A stretch of 62,921 bases of DNA, the filler included, from Reticulomyxa filosa (Eukaryota; Protista; Foraminifera): the NCBI GenBank assembly GCA_000512085.1. It is 21 parts of 21 records of this genome, joined end to end, with 100 filler letters (N's around TTAATTAATTAA, not from the genome) between each part and the next. Parts side by side here need not be neighbours in the genome. Positions count along the whole stretch, not along the records: positions 23,009 to 27,002 come from ASPP01027556.1; positions 27,103 to 29,364 come from ASPP01001892.1; positions 29,465 to 33,096 come from ASPP01017886.1; positions 33,197 to 35,205 come from ASPP01004128.1; positions 35,306 to 38,731 come from ASPP01000168.1; 16 more parts are not named here. The stretch is one strand, 5' to 3'. Positions within the stretch are counted from its first letter, which is position 1. Each line of letters begins with the position of its first letter. The notes below the pieces were generated by a model, which saw nothing but the letters and a program-made list of their open reading frames with translations, was not told where the DNA came from and did no database searches. Shown one piece after another: positions 24,911 to 37,108 of this stretch. The translations under genes were made by a program, and so were the position numbers.

Positions 24911-27774
24911 CAAACATGAAAAGGGGAGAGGAATACGTTGATATAACTATGATCCCAAGATTAAGCCATGATATCGACGTCATCGCAAGTGCCAATGACG
25001 AAATAGCGACGAAATGGAGCCAATAGCAATGACAATGGAAATGGCAGCTAATTGAAATCTAGTATTCGTGGCATTGTTCTTATTCACATTTAATACAATG
25101 CTTTGATCATTGTTTAATGTGATAAACATTGCGCTCTGTCTCTGGACATAAATGAAGGCAAGGGGAACGGCATTGCTTTGACGCGGAATAATGGGGTCGT
25201 GTTCATGTTTACAATATCAGGACTGTTCGTGTATTGGCGATACGGAGTGGCTCCTGAGAATGTAGATATTACCACAAGGACGAGATGTGATATTGATAAT
25301 TTGTACGAATTGTGAGAAAGACGACCATTGCTTTCTTGACTCATGTCGCCTTGGAAAAGATCCATTAATTTGCGTTTGATTGATGCAAATGGCCCAATCT
25401 CTTCATGTGTCTTTGCATTGATACTATTCACTGCTGTTGATGCCCCTTGTCATGGAAGGGTTGCTATATTAATATTATTTCCTGGCTATCGTTTGCACGT
25501 CAAATTTTCTTTGTTTTTGTGCTGCCTCCATTCTCATCAAGACACCAGATTTGCTTCAGTATTTTTGCACATTATCTTCTTTTTCATTTGCGGTTTTACC
25601 ACCTATATCTCCTGTGGACTTATCATATTTTGTTTGTTGTAACAATAAAACAACAAATTAATTCAATTGACTAGAAAGACAAAAATAATCACTTTTTTTT
25701 TAACTTCAATCTTTTTTGAAAGATTCGAATCAATGAAACTAAGCATTTCCTGCCAATTTTACTTGATAAATAGTATACTACGCTTCTCACTTTCCACCAA
25801 ATCAACACAAAGACCATACCAATTGTGTCTTGGAAATGTCCATACATCTTTGGTGTGTCGACATCTGAGGGATCACAAATATACGTAAAGGACGACGACT
25901 GTTGAATTGAAGTGAATCGAATGAAAGGAGTACATACTGATCTGAGCGATTGCAAGCACATAACGTTTCATTGTCATTTGTGTTTCGTTTCATCCATAAC
26001 CATTCATAGTCTTGATGAAACAAATGTCAACGCTTTTTAGGGATTTGTTGTGTTAACCGCCTTCAATCACATTATTTCTTTTCTTTTCAATAAATTTACA
26101 CTTTTTAAACAATTCATTGCCATTTGTCATATTCCTTGATATAGCAAATATGTTAAGAATAATATTAATTCACATCTTTTCTTTTCCCACTTCCATAATA
26201 TACTCTTCTGTTTCTTTCTCTTTTTCCTTCTTCATCTTCTTTTTTTCATTCCAAATCTAAAGTAAATCACTGTACAATGAAAAATCCATGCTCACATGTT
26301 TTGAGTAAGACATATTACAACAATTGAAAATAAGATTAAAAACAATATATACCTTCAAATAGAGCAAATCGTTTCTGTCATCATCAGTGATGATTCGTAG
26401 TACAGGCCACATTTTAAGACGGTGATATAATGTGGATTGGCTCTTGCATGCCAATTGATAATTTGTTGAGTTGATCCCAATATTATCGAACGTGATCTCG
26501 ATTTATTTATTTTCCGAACGTACTGGATATACTTGCGTTCACATCTTTTTCCAGAGGAATGATGCATTTATTTGATGACAATAACATTAATAAATTGGAA
26601 GCTGTGTCAATAAGTCGATTGGCCATATTCGACACTTGATTGTTAGTGGCAGTACAATTTGAGTAGCACTATTATATGAGTGGACAGAATAGCACATAAT
26701 TGAAGATAATTGGAAAAAGATAAAGATAACTATTTGTTCATAATTTACTTCAACTGTTCATCTTTACATTAAGCAGGTGTTTCCTTGGTTATATTGAAGA
26801 CTTAGGCAATCAGGTACATTTTCAATTTCTATAATGTTATACGTATGTTTAAGATTTGTTTTTTAAACAAACACAAATAAAAAAATGATATAAACTTAAC
26901 TTTTGTTATTATCCACACGCGGGATATTAATCATTTTATCAACATAAAAAATTAAAAAAATACAATTTCAAATATAATTTATTTTCCTTTCTCTTTTTTT
27001 TTNNNNNNNNNNNNNNNNNNNNNNNNNNNNNNNNNNNNNNNNNNNNTTAATTAATTAANNNNNNNNNNNNNNNNNNNNNNNNNNNNNNNNNNNNNNNNNN
27101 NNTATAGCACTGCATCTTTTTATTTGTGATTTTTTGATCTTTCTTACACGCTCAACTTTTCTTTTTATGTCAAACAAACATTGTTAACTGTTGTTCATAA
27201 AAATTATATATTTATGGTAATGAAAAAGAAAAAGGATAAAATTTAAACAGTATAAATATAAAATATAAATAAAGAACAAAAGCAAGTCAATACATAGTGT
27301 TTTCGTAGTTTTGTTATCACGTATTGTTCAGACAGTACATCAATTCTAAACTCTAAATATTACCAAAATTATAAAAAAAAGCAAATGAACAGCTACTTGT
27401 TAAGAAAGATTACTTCCAAAGCGCTTTGAACGTTGGAAGGATATGTCTTTCGAATGATACAATTCGCGGCTCGCATGGGTTTTTTTATGCGTGAGTAAAA
27501 AATTGTTTGGGTATAAGATAGCCAAAAGTAAATTGAACATGCAAAACTGAAGAAAAACAAAACTATTAGTTTTTTTAAATAGAGAATGATATTCTTTGTT
27601 CTGACTGTTTTTTCAAAAACATAAAAGGGAAAGAACAATTAACTTTTTTTACTTTTCGCATCATCGACATCATTGTTTGAAGAACATTGTCTTTCAAAAA
27701 TGCAATTTGGTAAAGGAAATGTCGTTTTGTTTATTGTTTCTTTTTTATCTTTTGTTAGAAGTATTTCCTTAGGT

Positions 27775-28510
27775 GAAACAACAAGTACTTATAATCCTTT
27801 GGCAATGCTGTTTATTATAAACTCGATAAGATATTATAAAAATATTATCAATAACAATGGTGTGAGATTTCAACGTATGGAACTTCTTATTTGTGGAAGT
27901 TGCTATTCATATCATAAACTTAAAAATCAATACAATCTGATTTGTTTTTACCCAGATTCAATAGAATTAGTCGAACATTGTGTGGTGAATCGCATAAATA
28001 ACAATAATTCAGATATTATCATTTTATTATCTTTTGGTAGATCACATAAACATGTATTGGTTATGGAATATAAAAATGTTTGTAATTATAAACATAATCC
28101 AATACAGTAAATTATTTCTTGGACTGATAATTTCCATGTTTGTATTGAAATTGGAAGAAAAAAAGATTATTATAAAGGAGAATATTGCAGTGATTGGCAG
28201 AAGCAACAATCATTTATTGTTTATTGATAATCATCCGAAAAATATTTCTGTTTATGATTTGAATAAGTATTAACTTGTTAAACAACAGATTTTATCGTTA
28301 ACAAATCATCAAACAAAAAAAAAATTGAAATGTTTTTATTTTATGTTTGTCAATTGAATATGAACAAAATAATACATTTCAATTCTCCAAATACCAATTT
28401 GTACAATAATTGATTATTCTATGTTCAAATCAATGATGTTATTCTATTTTTTGATGGAATTGATACATTAGTGTGCAAATACTCAATAAATTTTCATCTG
28501 ATGGACTAAA
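27775..28510 (+). pseudogene. Kelch-like propeller pseudogene (same family as the N-terminus of 3007-7057)
   Basis: ELLICG..CYSYHKLKNQYNLICFYP...HCVV...LLSFG..KHVLVMEY and AVIGRSNNHLLFI..HPKNISVYDLN, with frameshifts, stops and deletions. Confidence 0.8.
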
Positions 28511-28714
28511 GTAGTTTTAATCGCACGGGATAAACCACTGGGATTTCTGTAGTTAAAAATTATAAAATAATTACAGAATATTATATTACATTGCATCAAG
28601 CTGATAAATTTGTCTATACTAATGTACTAGAAAAAATAAAACTTGAAATAATGACAAGTTTTTCTCTTCAGTTTGAAGAGGATGATGGTCGATATTATGT
28701 TTGATCTTCAAAAA

Positions 28715-28945
28715 TGTGGGACACTCATACACCAATATACATCCATTCTTAATTCGCTCTTGATCTCCAGGAATTATTGTTTTTTCCAAGTCAATCTTTG
28801 TCCATGTTTTTTGGCACAAATGGTCTGATTCAATTATCGTTAAACTCGTTCCAGCTTCAGTCTTTAGCCTTTCATATACTAGCAGTAATGTCAGGCCTCG
28901 GCGCTGCTCTTATGGACTGTGATGCCAGTCAGCTTGTCAAAATCT
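28715..28945 (-). pseudogene. Ubiquitin-specific protease (USP, C19) His-box remnant
   Basis: Manual translation: KLTGITVHKSSAEA*HYC*YMK ... SWNEFNDN*IRPF ... ERIKNGCILVYE, a decayed Y.L.G..VH.G....GHY..Y.K...W..FND..V......AY.L.Y. Confidence 0.7.
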
Positions 28946-29064
28946 CAAATTCAGTGTAGTGTATTTTGCAATTTGCTATATTGCATTTTTTTTTGTTTAT
29001 TTATTCATTCAAAACAAATCTATTAGCCGTTTTCTATACCCACAATTGTTCCAATTTGCTAATT

Positions 29065-29215
29065 TCTTCACCAAAAGATAAATGAATTTCATTTGAATTT
29101 ATTTTTAAATGAATCAATTGTACAACACAATATACTTTTAATTCAACATCATTAGGATAAGAGCAAATGTATTTGTATTGTCTTTTGAAAGTATGGTACA
29201 AACACCTTTGTCCAT
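29065..29215 (-). pseudogene. Second Kelch-like family fragment
   Basis: The reverse strand gives YHTFKRQYKYICSYPNDVELKVYCVVQLIHLKINSNEIHLSFGE, homologous to YHVLKNQYKFICSYP...TLLSFGG in ORF 3007. Confidence 0.7.
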
Positions 29216-29464
29216 AAATATTATAAAATAAGACTTAGCAAAAAAGGGAATAAACTTGTTTTTAAATTCATGTTTTTTGAAAAGACTTTCGATTTAATGA
29301 ATTTGTGTCATATTGAATAGCAACAAAGAATTGGACGTAATATTTAAAAAACCAGTTTAGTATANNNNNNNNNNNNNNNNNNNNNNNNNNNNNNNNNNNN
29401 NNNNNNNNTTAATTAATTAANNNNNNNNNNNNNNNNNNNNNNNNNNNNNNNNNNNNNNNNNNNN

Positions 29465-29502
<38 letters not shown>

Positions 29503-29520
29503 GAAAAGCAACAAGAGTGG

Positions 29521-31316
29521 TCACGCCAAAAAGCCATGCTCATGTTGCTTGTCATCAGAGTGAGCATCACTATTGTTCTGCCCTCCGTCGACATAGAGTT
29601 CATTGTTTCGCTTGAGTGGTGTGAGTCGTTCCTTGTAACGAGGTTTGACAAGAGACTTGAAAGATTTGACGTGATAAGCGACATTTCCATGATCGCTTGC
29701 GTCGTCCGGAGACCTAGGGGCCCGTTTGATTCCCCCTCGACTGTTGATGGGGATGACAGTTTTCATGTGAACACTCGTGATTCCTCCCTCTCCCCCTCCA
29801 CCTCCTCCTCGAGACGAGGCCATGGCGTTGCCAATGGGTACGATGGCCGCAGAAGGCATTGAGCCGACGTTTTTATCTGCCGTGTTGGTATCAATGATCC
29901 GTCTCGTTTCGACCACGCCGGCCATTGTCATGGGCTGATAGCTGTTGACATTGTTGGAGAGTGTGGTTCGAGGTTGGACCCCGGTCATTCCCATCCCGGT
30001 AGGCGTGCGTCTTTGGGACGACGTGACTTGGATGCCGGTCGGAGCGACATTGAGAGGCGAGATGGCGACTCCAACATCATTGAGTGTCGGATTGGAATGG
30101 TTCTGATGATGTGTGGCAAACACGAGTCCTTGCGGCGTCAACGAAGGGAGAGCTGTGGTTGAAATCGACAAGGGAAGGGCATCCGCACCATTTGAGATAA
30201 AAGGGATGCTCGTAGCCTTTGCGCTGACTGGGTGAATTTGCTTCGGCTTCTCACGCAGCTTTTGCTCCGTGAGCAAGGTCGCTTGCGACTGAAAGTGAGG
30301 CTGCTGTTGGGGCTGCAGCTGCAACTGCGACCGAGATTGCGACTGCGATTGCGACAATGAGTGCGATGACGATTGTGAAGAGCCTGATACGTTGCGTTGA
30401 AGACGCTCCACGTTTAATTGTGTTCGAACTGGCAATTTTACTTCTTGTGGCGATATATTTGACTACATATATATATATTTTTTTTTTTTGAGTATAATAT
30501 ACATATATACATATATGTATATATAAGATCCTTTATTATTATTATTATTATTAGTAATAACTTGTTTGAGTATTTTAATCGTCCAATCGTATTGTCCGTC
30601 GTCCACGTAATGGTACTTGCGAAACATACTACGGAACAAACTGCGCAAGTATTGATAGTCGGGCTGGGCGTCAAACTCGAGCTGGCGGCAATACGTAATG
30701 TATGAACAAAATTCTTGCGGTAAGCCATCGCACAGCTCTTCCACAGACGTCTTTTGTTTCACTGTTGCAATGCTGTCATACTTCCCTTGTTTCGTTTTTG
30801 CCTGCTTTGCAATAATTTTTGTGTGTTATACATATACATATACATATACATGTATATGTATACATATTTTTTTTTTTGTTTTGTTTTGTTTCTATTTGTA
30901 CTTGCATGCTTTGGAACTATGCTACGTATCACCTCCTCTCTCCTTCTCTACACAAAGGACCAAAAATAAATCACTCAAACACTCTCTTCCCTTTTGCAAA
31001 AAAAAAAAAAAAAAAAAAAAAACTTTAGTCCTTGCCAAGGGAGTTTTCCTTTTTTTGATAAAATATAGCAACACATATCCCAAAGTTTCCAAATCGTCTC
31101 GTCGTGATTGCTCGTACCCTAAGTGCGTGCTCAAACTGGCATAGCGGGCGGTTCCTGTCAATGACTTGCCTTCAATAAATGGGATATGCTCTCTCGTTTT
31201 CGTTACAATGTAGCGTTTCGCCAATCCGAAATCGATCACATACACCTTTTTTTTTTTTTTTTAAATTGTAATAAAAAAGGAAAGATATCACCCAATCAAC
31301 AAACGCAAACGTTTTC

Positions 31317-31349
<33 letters not shown>

Positions 31350-31994
31350 GGGGGAAGGGGGAGAGGAGGTCGTAACAATATTGAAATTTTCGTTCAGTCC
31401 GATCAAGAAATTGTCTGGTTTGATATCTCTATGGATAAAATAATGTGAATGCACCTTTTCGATTCTTTCTAGCTATTTTTGTTTTTTTTTTTCAAAAAAA
31501 AAAAAAAGGTAATAAACAAAACAAAACAACAAAAAAATCACACAAGTTTGAAATTGAATGATGACCATATGATATTTAGAACTGGTGTAATGTATTACGT
31601 GACGTGTATGTATGTGTACATACTGTACATAAAAGGTAACAAGACGAACCATTTGGTCGGCCAGTAAACACACAGTCTTTAACGAGAACTGTCTGTCACA
31701 ATAGTTAAATAAATCTTCCAAACTCGGACCTAACATTTCCATCACTAATATGTTGTAATCTCCTTCTCTTCCGTACCACTTCACTCCTGGAAATCCTATG
31801 CTTCCTTTCAGGTATTTGTAAATTTTGTATTCATATTGAAGCTGAGGAAACTTAGTGTTGGCTTGTTCCAGTTTCACTGCTACCACTTCTCCTGTCAAGG
31901 CGTCTCTCCCTTCATGAATTACACCAAAACTTCCACTTCCTACTTTTGGACCTAATATATATTGCCCTTTTGCTACTCGGATCTCAATAGCCAT
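29521..31994 (-). CDS. CSNK1: Casein kinase 1 with long Gln/Ser/Thr-rich C-terminal tail (5 exons)
   Basis: [71 protein letters not shown] and PDYQYLR. An extra A at 31050-31056 masks [10 protein letters not shown] (probable homopolymer error). Confidence 0.95.
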
Positions 31995-32785
31995 ATTTTT
32001 ACGTGTACAAAAATTTGGTCAATTTTATTATTAAAACTCCCTTTTGCTAGCCCAACACCGAAAAACCAAAAACAACGCCGAGCGCTGCAACTACTCACAA
32101 AAATTTTCACAGCTTTGAGCATATTGGTCAATTATTAAAGCACAAGCAGGTCTCAACAATTCGTTTTTATTCAAGTTTGTGATTGTTAAATTTTAGTATT
32201 TAATGGATGTGACAAGCAAACCAAGTGTCAATTTTTTAAAGTTTGCAAGAAAAACTGTGTGGATAAAGTACAATTAATAATCAAAAAAATTTAATTAAAT
32301 GCTGCCATTATAATTTCATCATAGCATCGTAAACGTGTTGGCAATTTCTAGTTGCCTCAAACAGTACGTTCATATTAGCATTCTTGAAACGTCGATATAT
32401 TTGGTTAATCTTCCTTTAAAAAACCTTTTCAGCTGTTTGCTTAATTTAAATCGAGTTTTATATCGTTAAATTAATTTCAGCAAAGAACAGCAGTTCAGAA
32501 ATTGTTACGTACCCTTTTAAAAAAAAGTCAGCAAAGAAGTAACATGCAACCAAGAGTGCTCTATTTTTTGTTTTTAACAAAATGGATCATTATTTGTTAA
32601 CAGTGAAAGACATTAAACAATTTTATAGATAATTTCTTCCCATGGTGTCAGTGAGAAAAGCTATGCTTATTTTTTTCTCTCTCTGACTGAAAAAGTGTCG
32701 AAACAGTGGCCAAAAATCCAGAATTCACCACTATTTTTTTTTTTTTGCAAAAAAAAAACAAAAAAGGGTTAGAAATGAGGAGAAT

Positions 32786-33055
32786 TTATCCTGTGATAAA
32801 AGGATGCATTCTCAAATCAGACGCTTTCCATCTTTTGTGGGGGTCTTTGTATAAGCAAGCTTGCAAGAACGAGCGAAGTTCAAGTGAGAAATCTTCGTCT
32901 TTGGGCAACTCAGGCGATTTATCTTTGGTAATGGTCATCAAGAGTGCCAACGGTCCACCACTGGTTGACGCCTGATAAGGAAACTCACCCAACAGACTTG
33001 TCATGATTGACAGTCCAAATGACCAAATATCGCTTTGATAACTGTAATGAAATTC
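32786..33055 (-). CDS. MAP kinase kinase (STE7/MEK-like), C-terminal part
   Basis: YSYQSDIWSFGLSIMTSLLGEFPY...LLMTI....PELP...FSLELRSFLQACLYKDPHKR..A..L..HPFI (subdomains IX-XI typical of MAP2K). Confidence 0.8.
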   Translation of the reverse strand, partial: EFHYSYQSDIWSFGLSIMTSLLGEFPYQASTSGGPLALLMTITKDKSPELPKDEDFSLELRSFLQACLYKDPHKRWKASDLRMHPFITG

Positions 33056-33589
33056 CAAAAAAAAAAAAAAAAAAAAAAAAAATTTTTTTTTTTTTTNNNN
33101 NNNNNNNNNNNNNNNNNNNNNNNNNNNNNNNNNNNNNNNNTTAATTAATTAANNNNNNNNNNNNNNNNNNNNNNNNNNNNNNNNNNNNNNNNNNNNTTCC
33201 ATTTCCACACAATGAAACGTCGAGTCCAAGAACGACACGTCACTAAGCACATAGTGATTGATTTGAAAAAAAGCAGTTAGACTTAAAGTGTACAAAAAAA
33301 AGGTATTTAAAAAAGAAAGAAAGAAACCTAAATAAGTTTGCATCTTGCAATTGCTTGCGAATAATTTCCACTCCTTTTTTTTTTTTGTAAAGTTAGTATA
33401 ATTACATAACACAAATATATATACATATATATATATATATATGTATATATATGCATATATATATGTACATATATAATAAAAAAGAGAAACTTTTTTGAAG
33501 ATTGGGTTGAATTTCTTGAATGGTTTTGAATCCTTTTTCCACGTGAAGTAACACTGCTATGTTTATTTATCCAACTTAAATACACTCGT

Positions 33590-33830
33590 TTTTTATCAGT
33601 CCAAACTGATGAAATAATTTTAGAATAATCTGATGATAAATATATTCCAATTACCCAATTTGGATGCTCTTCTAATATTTGAATCTGTTTCCCAGTTAAT
33701 ATATCCCAAAATCGAATTGTATTATCATCTGAGCAAGATACAATGTTAGTATTATTCTGGAAAAAATCTTATATCATTTACATCCTTTTGATGTCCTTCC
33801 AATAATAAAATTGGAACAATTTTTAATGAT
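33590..33830 (-). pseudogene. WD40 pseudogene fragment
   Basis: LEGHQKDVNDIRFFPE*, NIVSCSDDNTIRFWDILTGKQIQILEEHPNWVIGIYLSSDYSKIISS, with a stop and a frameshift. Confidence 0.75.
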
Positions 33831-35373
33831 ATAAGACAATTCTTTCTAATGAAAAATTGATATTGTTGAAATTTCTTGAAATAGTACATGTATTACAACT
33901 ATTGCACATTTTATTTAGATAGAGAAATTTTATCTTTATTCCTTTTTTTTTTGCGTACGTCTGCAAAATATTTCAAACAATTTGTTTAACTGAAAACCCG
34001 GCTAAAATAAGATGTTTACTTTGTTCAGTATTGTGCTTCAGAAGGTTTTTGTATTGTAGTTCGATTATCCGTTATTAATGTCACTACAATTTTTTAAATT
34101 TAACTTTTTTTAAAAAAAGGGAAGTGGTTGACCCTTTTGAAAAAGCAAAAAAACAACAGCAACGTATTTTACATGGACGTTTTTTTATAACAAAAAAATT
34201 GCACACAATTGAAAAAAAGAACTAATCGATCATATCTCTTTGAAGCATAAACAACATCAAAGCATTCAATTATTGTACCGAGAATATTCCGCAAGCTGTC
34301 ATACAAAAAGCATAACACTATTCTTCATGCTTTCATTAATGTTGTCAAAGAAATAATAAAAAATAATTAAAGTAAATACAATAAAATAACAAAATATGGC
34401 TTCACTGCTAAAATAAAGATAAGCTTTGTTCAACTGTTAAAAAAAAAATAAAATCAAGGAGCAATGAGTGATAAGATTAAGTTGCCTCCTGACCTCCACG
34501 AGGTATTTGACACATTAAACGAATTAAAGCGTACCACCTTGTGAGGTTTTAGCATTCCAGTTCGGTATATCACTCATTATAAAAAACCTGAAACGGACGA
34601 CTCTAGCACAGCGGAAGCAAATCTATCTGGTGGACACGGTGTTGGTAGTATGTAAGAGGACACTAAAACAGCCATTGATTCGGGCCAACTTATTTCCAAT
34701 ACTGTCTCAGATGTTAAACGAAACGAGCCACACCCGTACTCTGTCTGGCGTTATACAATCCAAAGCAATCAATTCTGTTAAAGGTGTATGTGAATTGGAC
34801 GTTGGGCAAAAGGAGCACGTGGGCACGTTTGAAGCTAGATACGTCGCAAACCTCCGTGAAACGCAAAGTATCCCGTGCAGTTTGCTCTTTGATGTTGTCT
34901 TGCAGAATGTTCAATACTTGCACGTATGCATTATACTTTGTTGCTATCGTGCTCGCTCAGTGATACCAGCACGTTGGCCGGAAATAAAGTCTCATCCACA
35001 CAAGTTGACAGTCTTGTTATTGTCTTGTCGTCAGTTTGAATCCCATTGACTTTTGCTCAGTTTCGAATTTGTGTTTACAAGAAAAAATAAGTTAATATTA
35101 CTGTGATCACTACTAGATGCTTTGGGTTTCATGTAATATCATATTTTTCCTTTTTCCCGCTCAGGAGATACAACTTCTACATTCCGCGAATTTAATAAAA
35201 AAAAANNNNNNNNNNNNNNNNNNNNNNNNNNNNNNNNNNNNNNNNNNNNTTAATTAATTAANNNNNNNNNNNNNNNNNNNNNNNNNNNNNNNNNNNNNNN
35301 NNNNNGATTTAAATAAAAATTTTTTAAAAACAACAACTCTCTTTTTCCAAAGTATTGAGTATTATGTAAATAT

Positions 35374-35852
35374 TCAAATTTGTTGATTACTTCTCTTCTT
35401 TTGTAAATTTTGAGTTTCACGTTTTAATACATGTAAAAGTGTTTGAGATGATTCTAAAATCTGTATATAAAATATGAATGTATTTATGATTGATATACAT
35501 TTATATATACAATATATTTTATGATCAACTTTATTATATGCCGATTCTGTTTCTTGAATTGTTTTATCATAATCATTTCTGCCTTGAACTTTTTGTTGAA
35601 TTGATTCATTTAAACGATGTAATTTTTCTGTTAATGCAGCCAATTCTCTTTGTACTTGTGCTTTTTCTTTTTCTTCTTCTAATATTTGTCTGTGCACAAT
35701 ATCACGTTTTTCACGTAAATCTTGAAGACCTATTTACGACACACAAAAAAAAAACCATTTATTTTCCGTTTTTTGCTTCTCTTAGCCTTTTTCGAACATT
35801 TTGCAAGTTCCACGTTATAATTTTGAAAAGAGGTCGACTGTTGAATATCCAT
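35374..35852 (-). CDS. SSNA1: SSNA1/DIP13/NA14 microtubule-associated coiled-coil protein (complete, 3 exons)
   Basis: Spliced: MDIQQSTSFQNYNVELAKC/LQDLREKRDIVHRQILEEEKEK...RNDYDKTIQETESAYNK/ILESSQTLLHVLKRE. Hallmarks are QNYN.EL.KC and AY.KILESSQTLL.VLKRE. Confidence 0.93.
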
Positions 35853-36333
35853 TTGAAAGCACTCAAAGTTCAAAACCGGCAAGGGAAGGAAGAGAGAACA
35901 AATGCAAGGAATAAAAGATTCACTGATTTGGAAAGTAGAGTTTTTTTAAGTAAGAAGTTCTGCTCACTGGGCAACCTTTCGTATTTTAACTGTTTAGAAC
36001 ACTTCTCATTTTGTAGTTTTATCCAAAATTTTAATTTTGAAATAGATTTTCACATTCATGATCAATTTTTTTCAATTTATGATTAGATCATTCTGTAAAA
36101 CCTTAATCGCACCTTTCGAACACAAATACATCAAAACTACTTAACTAGTCACAAAAAAAAAAGAAAAATAAGACAACGAACTCAACGCTTCAAAAAAAAA
36201 ATTGCAAATGGACAACGTATTTAAGAAAAACAAAAAATATAACAAGATGATTTTGGCAGTCAAAAAATACAACATAAAAACTTAAACGAAAAATATTTCG
36301 ATTGACGAAATAGCTACAAAGCTATTTCTGGTT

Positions 36334-37075
36334 TTATTCTTTGGACAATGGAATAATACCTCCTCTAAGCGCATTCGCCGCCATCTCCAAACCCCCTTGA
36401 TACGTATAAAAGAGTTTATGTTGTCAAAATTTGAAAAGAAAAAAAAACAAAAGTAAAAATAAAAAAGAATTTGACTAAACTGAGAGAGGAGCCCATTTCC
36501 GTTTGTTCACTTTCTTCATCCAAGAAAGCGTCAACGAATGCAATCTCAGCAAAGACTGACGGGAGTTGGCTCTTAACTAAACAATATGCAAAAAAGGGAA
36601 TCATGTCATCCGCACCTCTATGTAGAATACACGCATGTTTGTATTTATTTTCAATTATCTCCAATCACATATACGTAGTGTATATACCCTCATATTATAC
36701 ACAAAATTATGCACGTATACATATATGTCTTTTGTTTTGTCATACATGAGCATTTCTTTCATCTTTGGTTTGGCAGACTTTGTTTTTTTTTTCTTCTTCT
36801 TGGGTTGGTCAATGATAGGTGGGGCATGACGAACTGTTGTTTCCACATTATCGTCACTAATAATGCTAACAACAGAGCGATAGAGATCTTCATTGTCATC
36901 CTGAGTCAATTTGCGCAGGTTTGCAGAATGAAGATCAAATGACAATTTGGCTGCATTGCCGTTGCCAACATTGGTCTGATCGTGCTCTTCGTCTTCGTTG
37001 TCGTCATCGTCATCATCATCGTCATCATTACCATTTCTATTTTTATTTTTGCCTTTATCACCATTATTATCATTG

Positions 37076-37108
<33 letters not shown>

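Noticed and set aside
25100-26700. Several short ORFs with coding-like composition
   Set aside because: Stop-ridden and no identifiable family.
34560-35050. GC-richer coding-looking stretch (ORF 34630..35049 and minus-strand pieces)
   Set aside because: Interrupted frames with no motif I can recognise. Possibly a decayed gene, but not assignable without a search.
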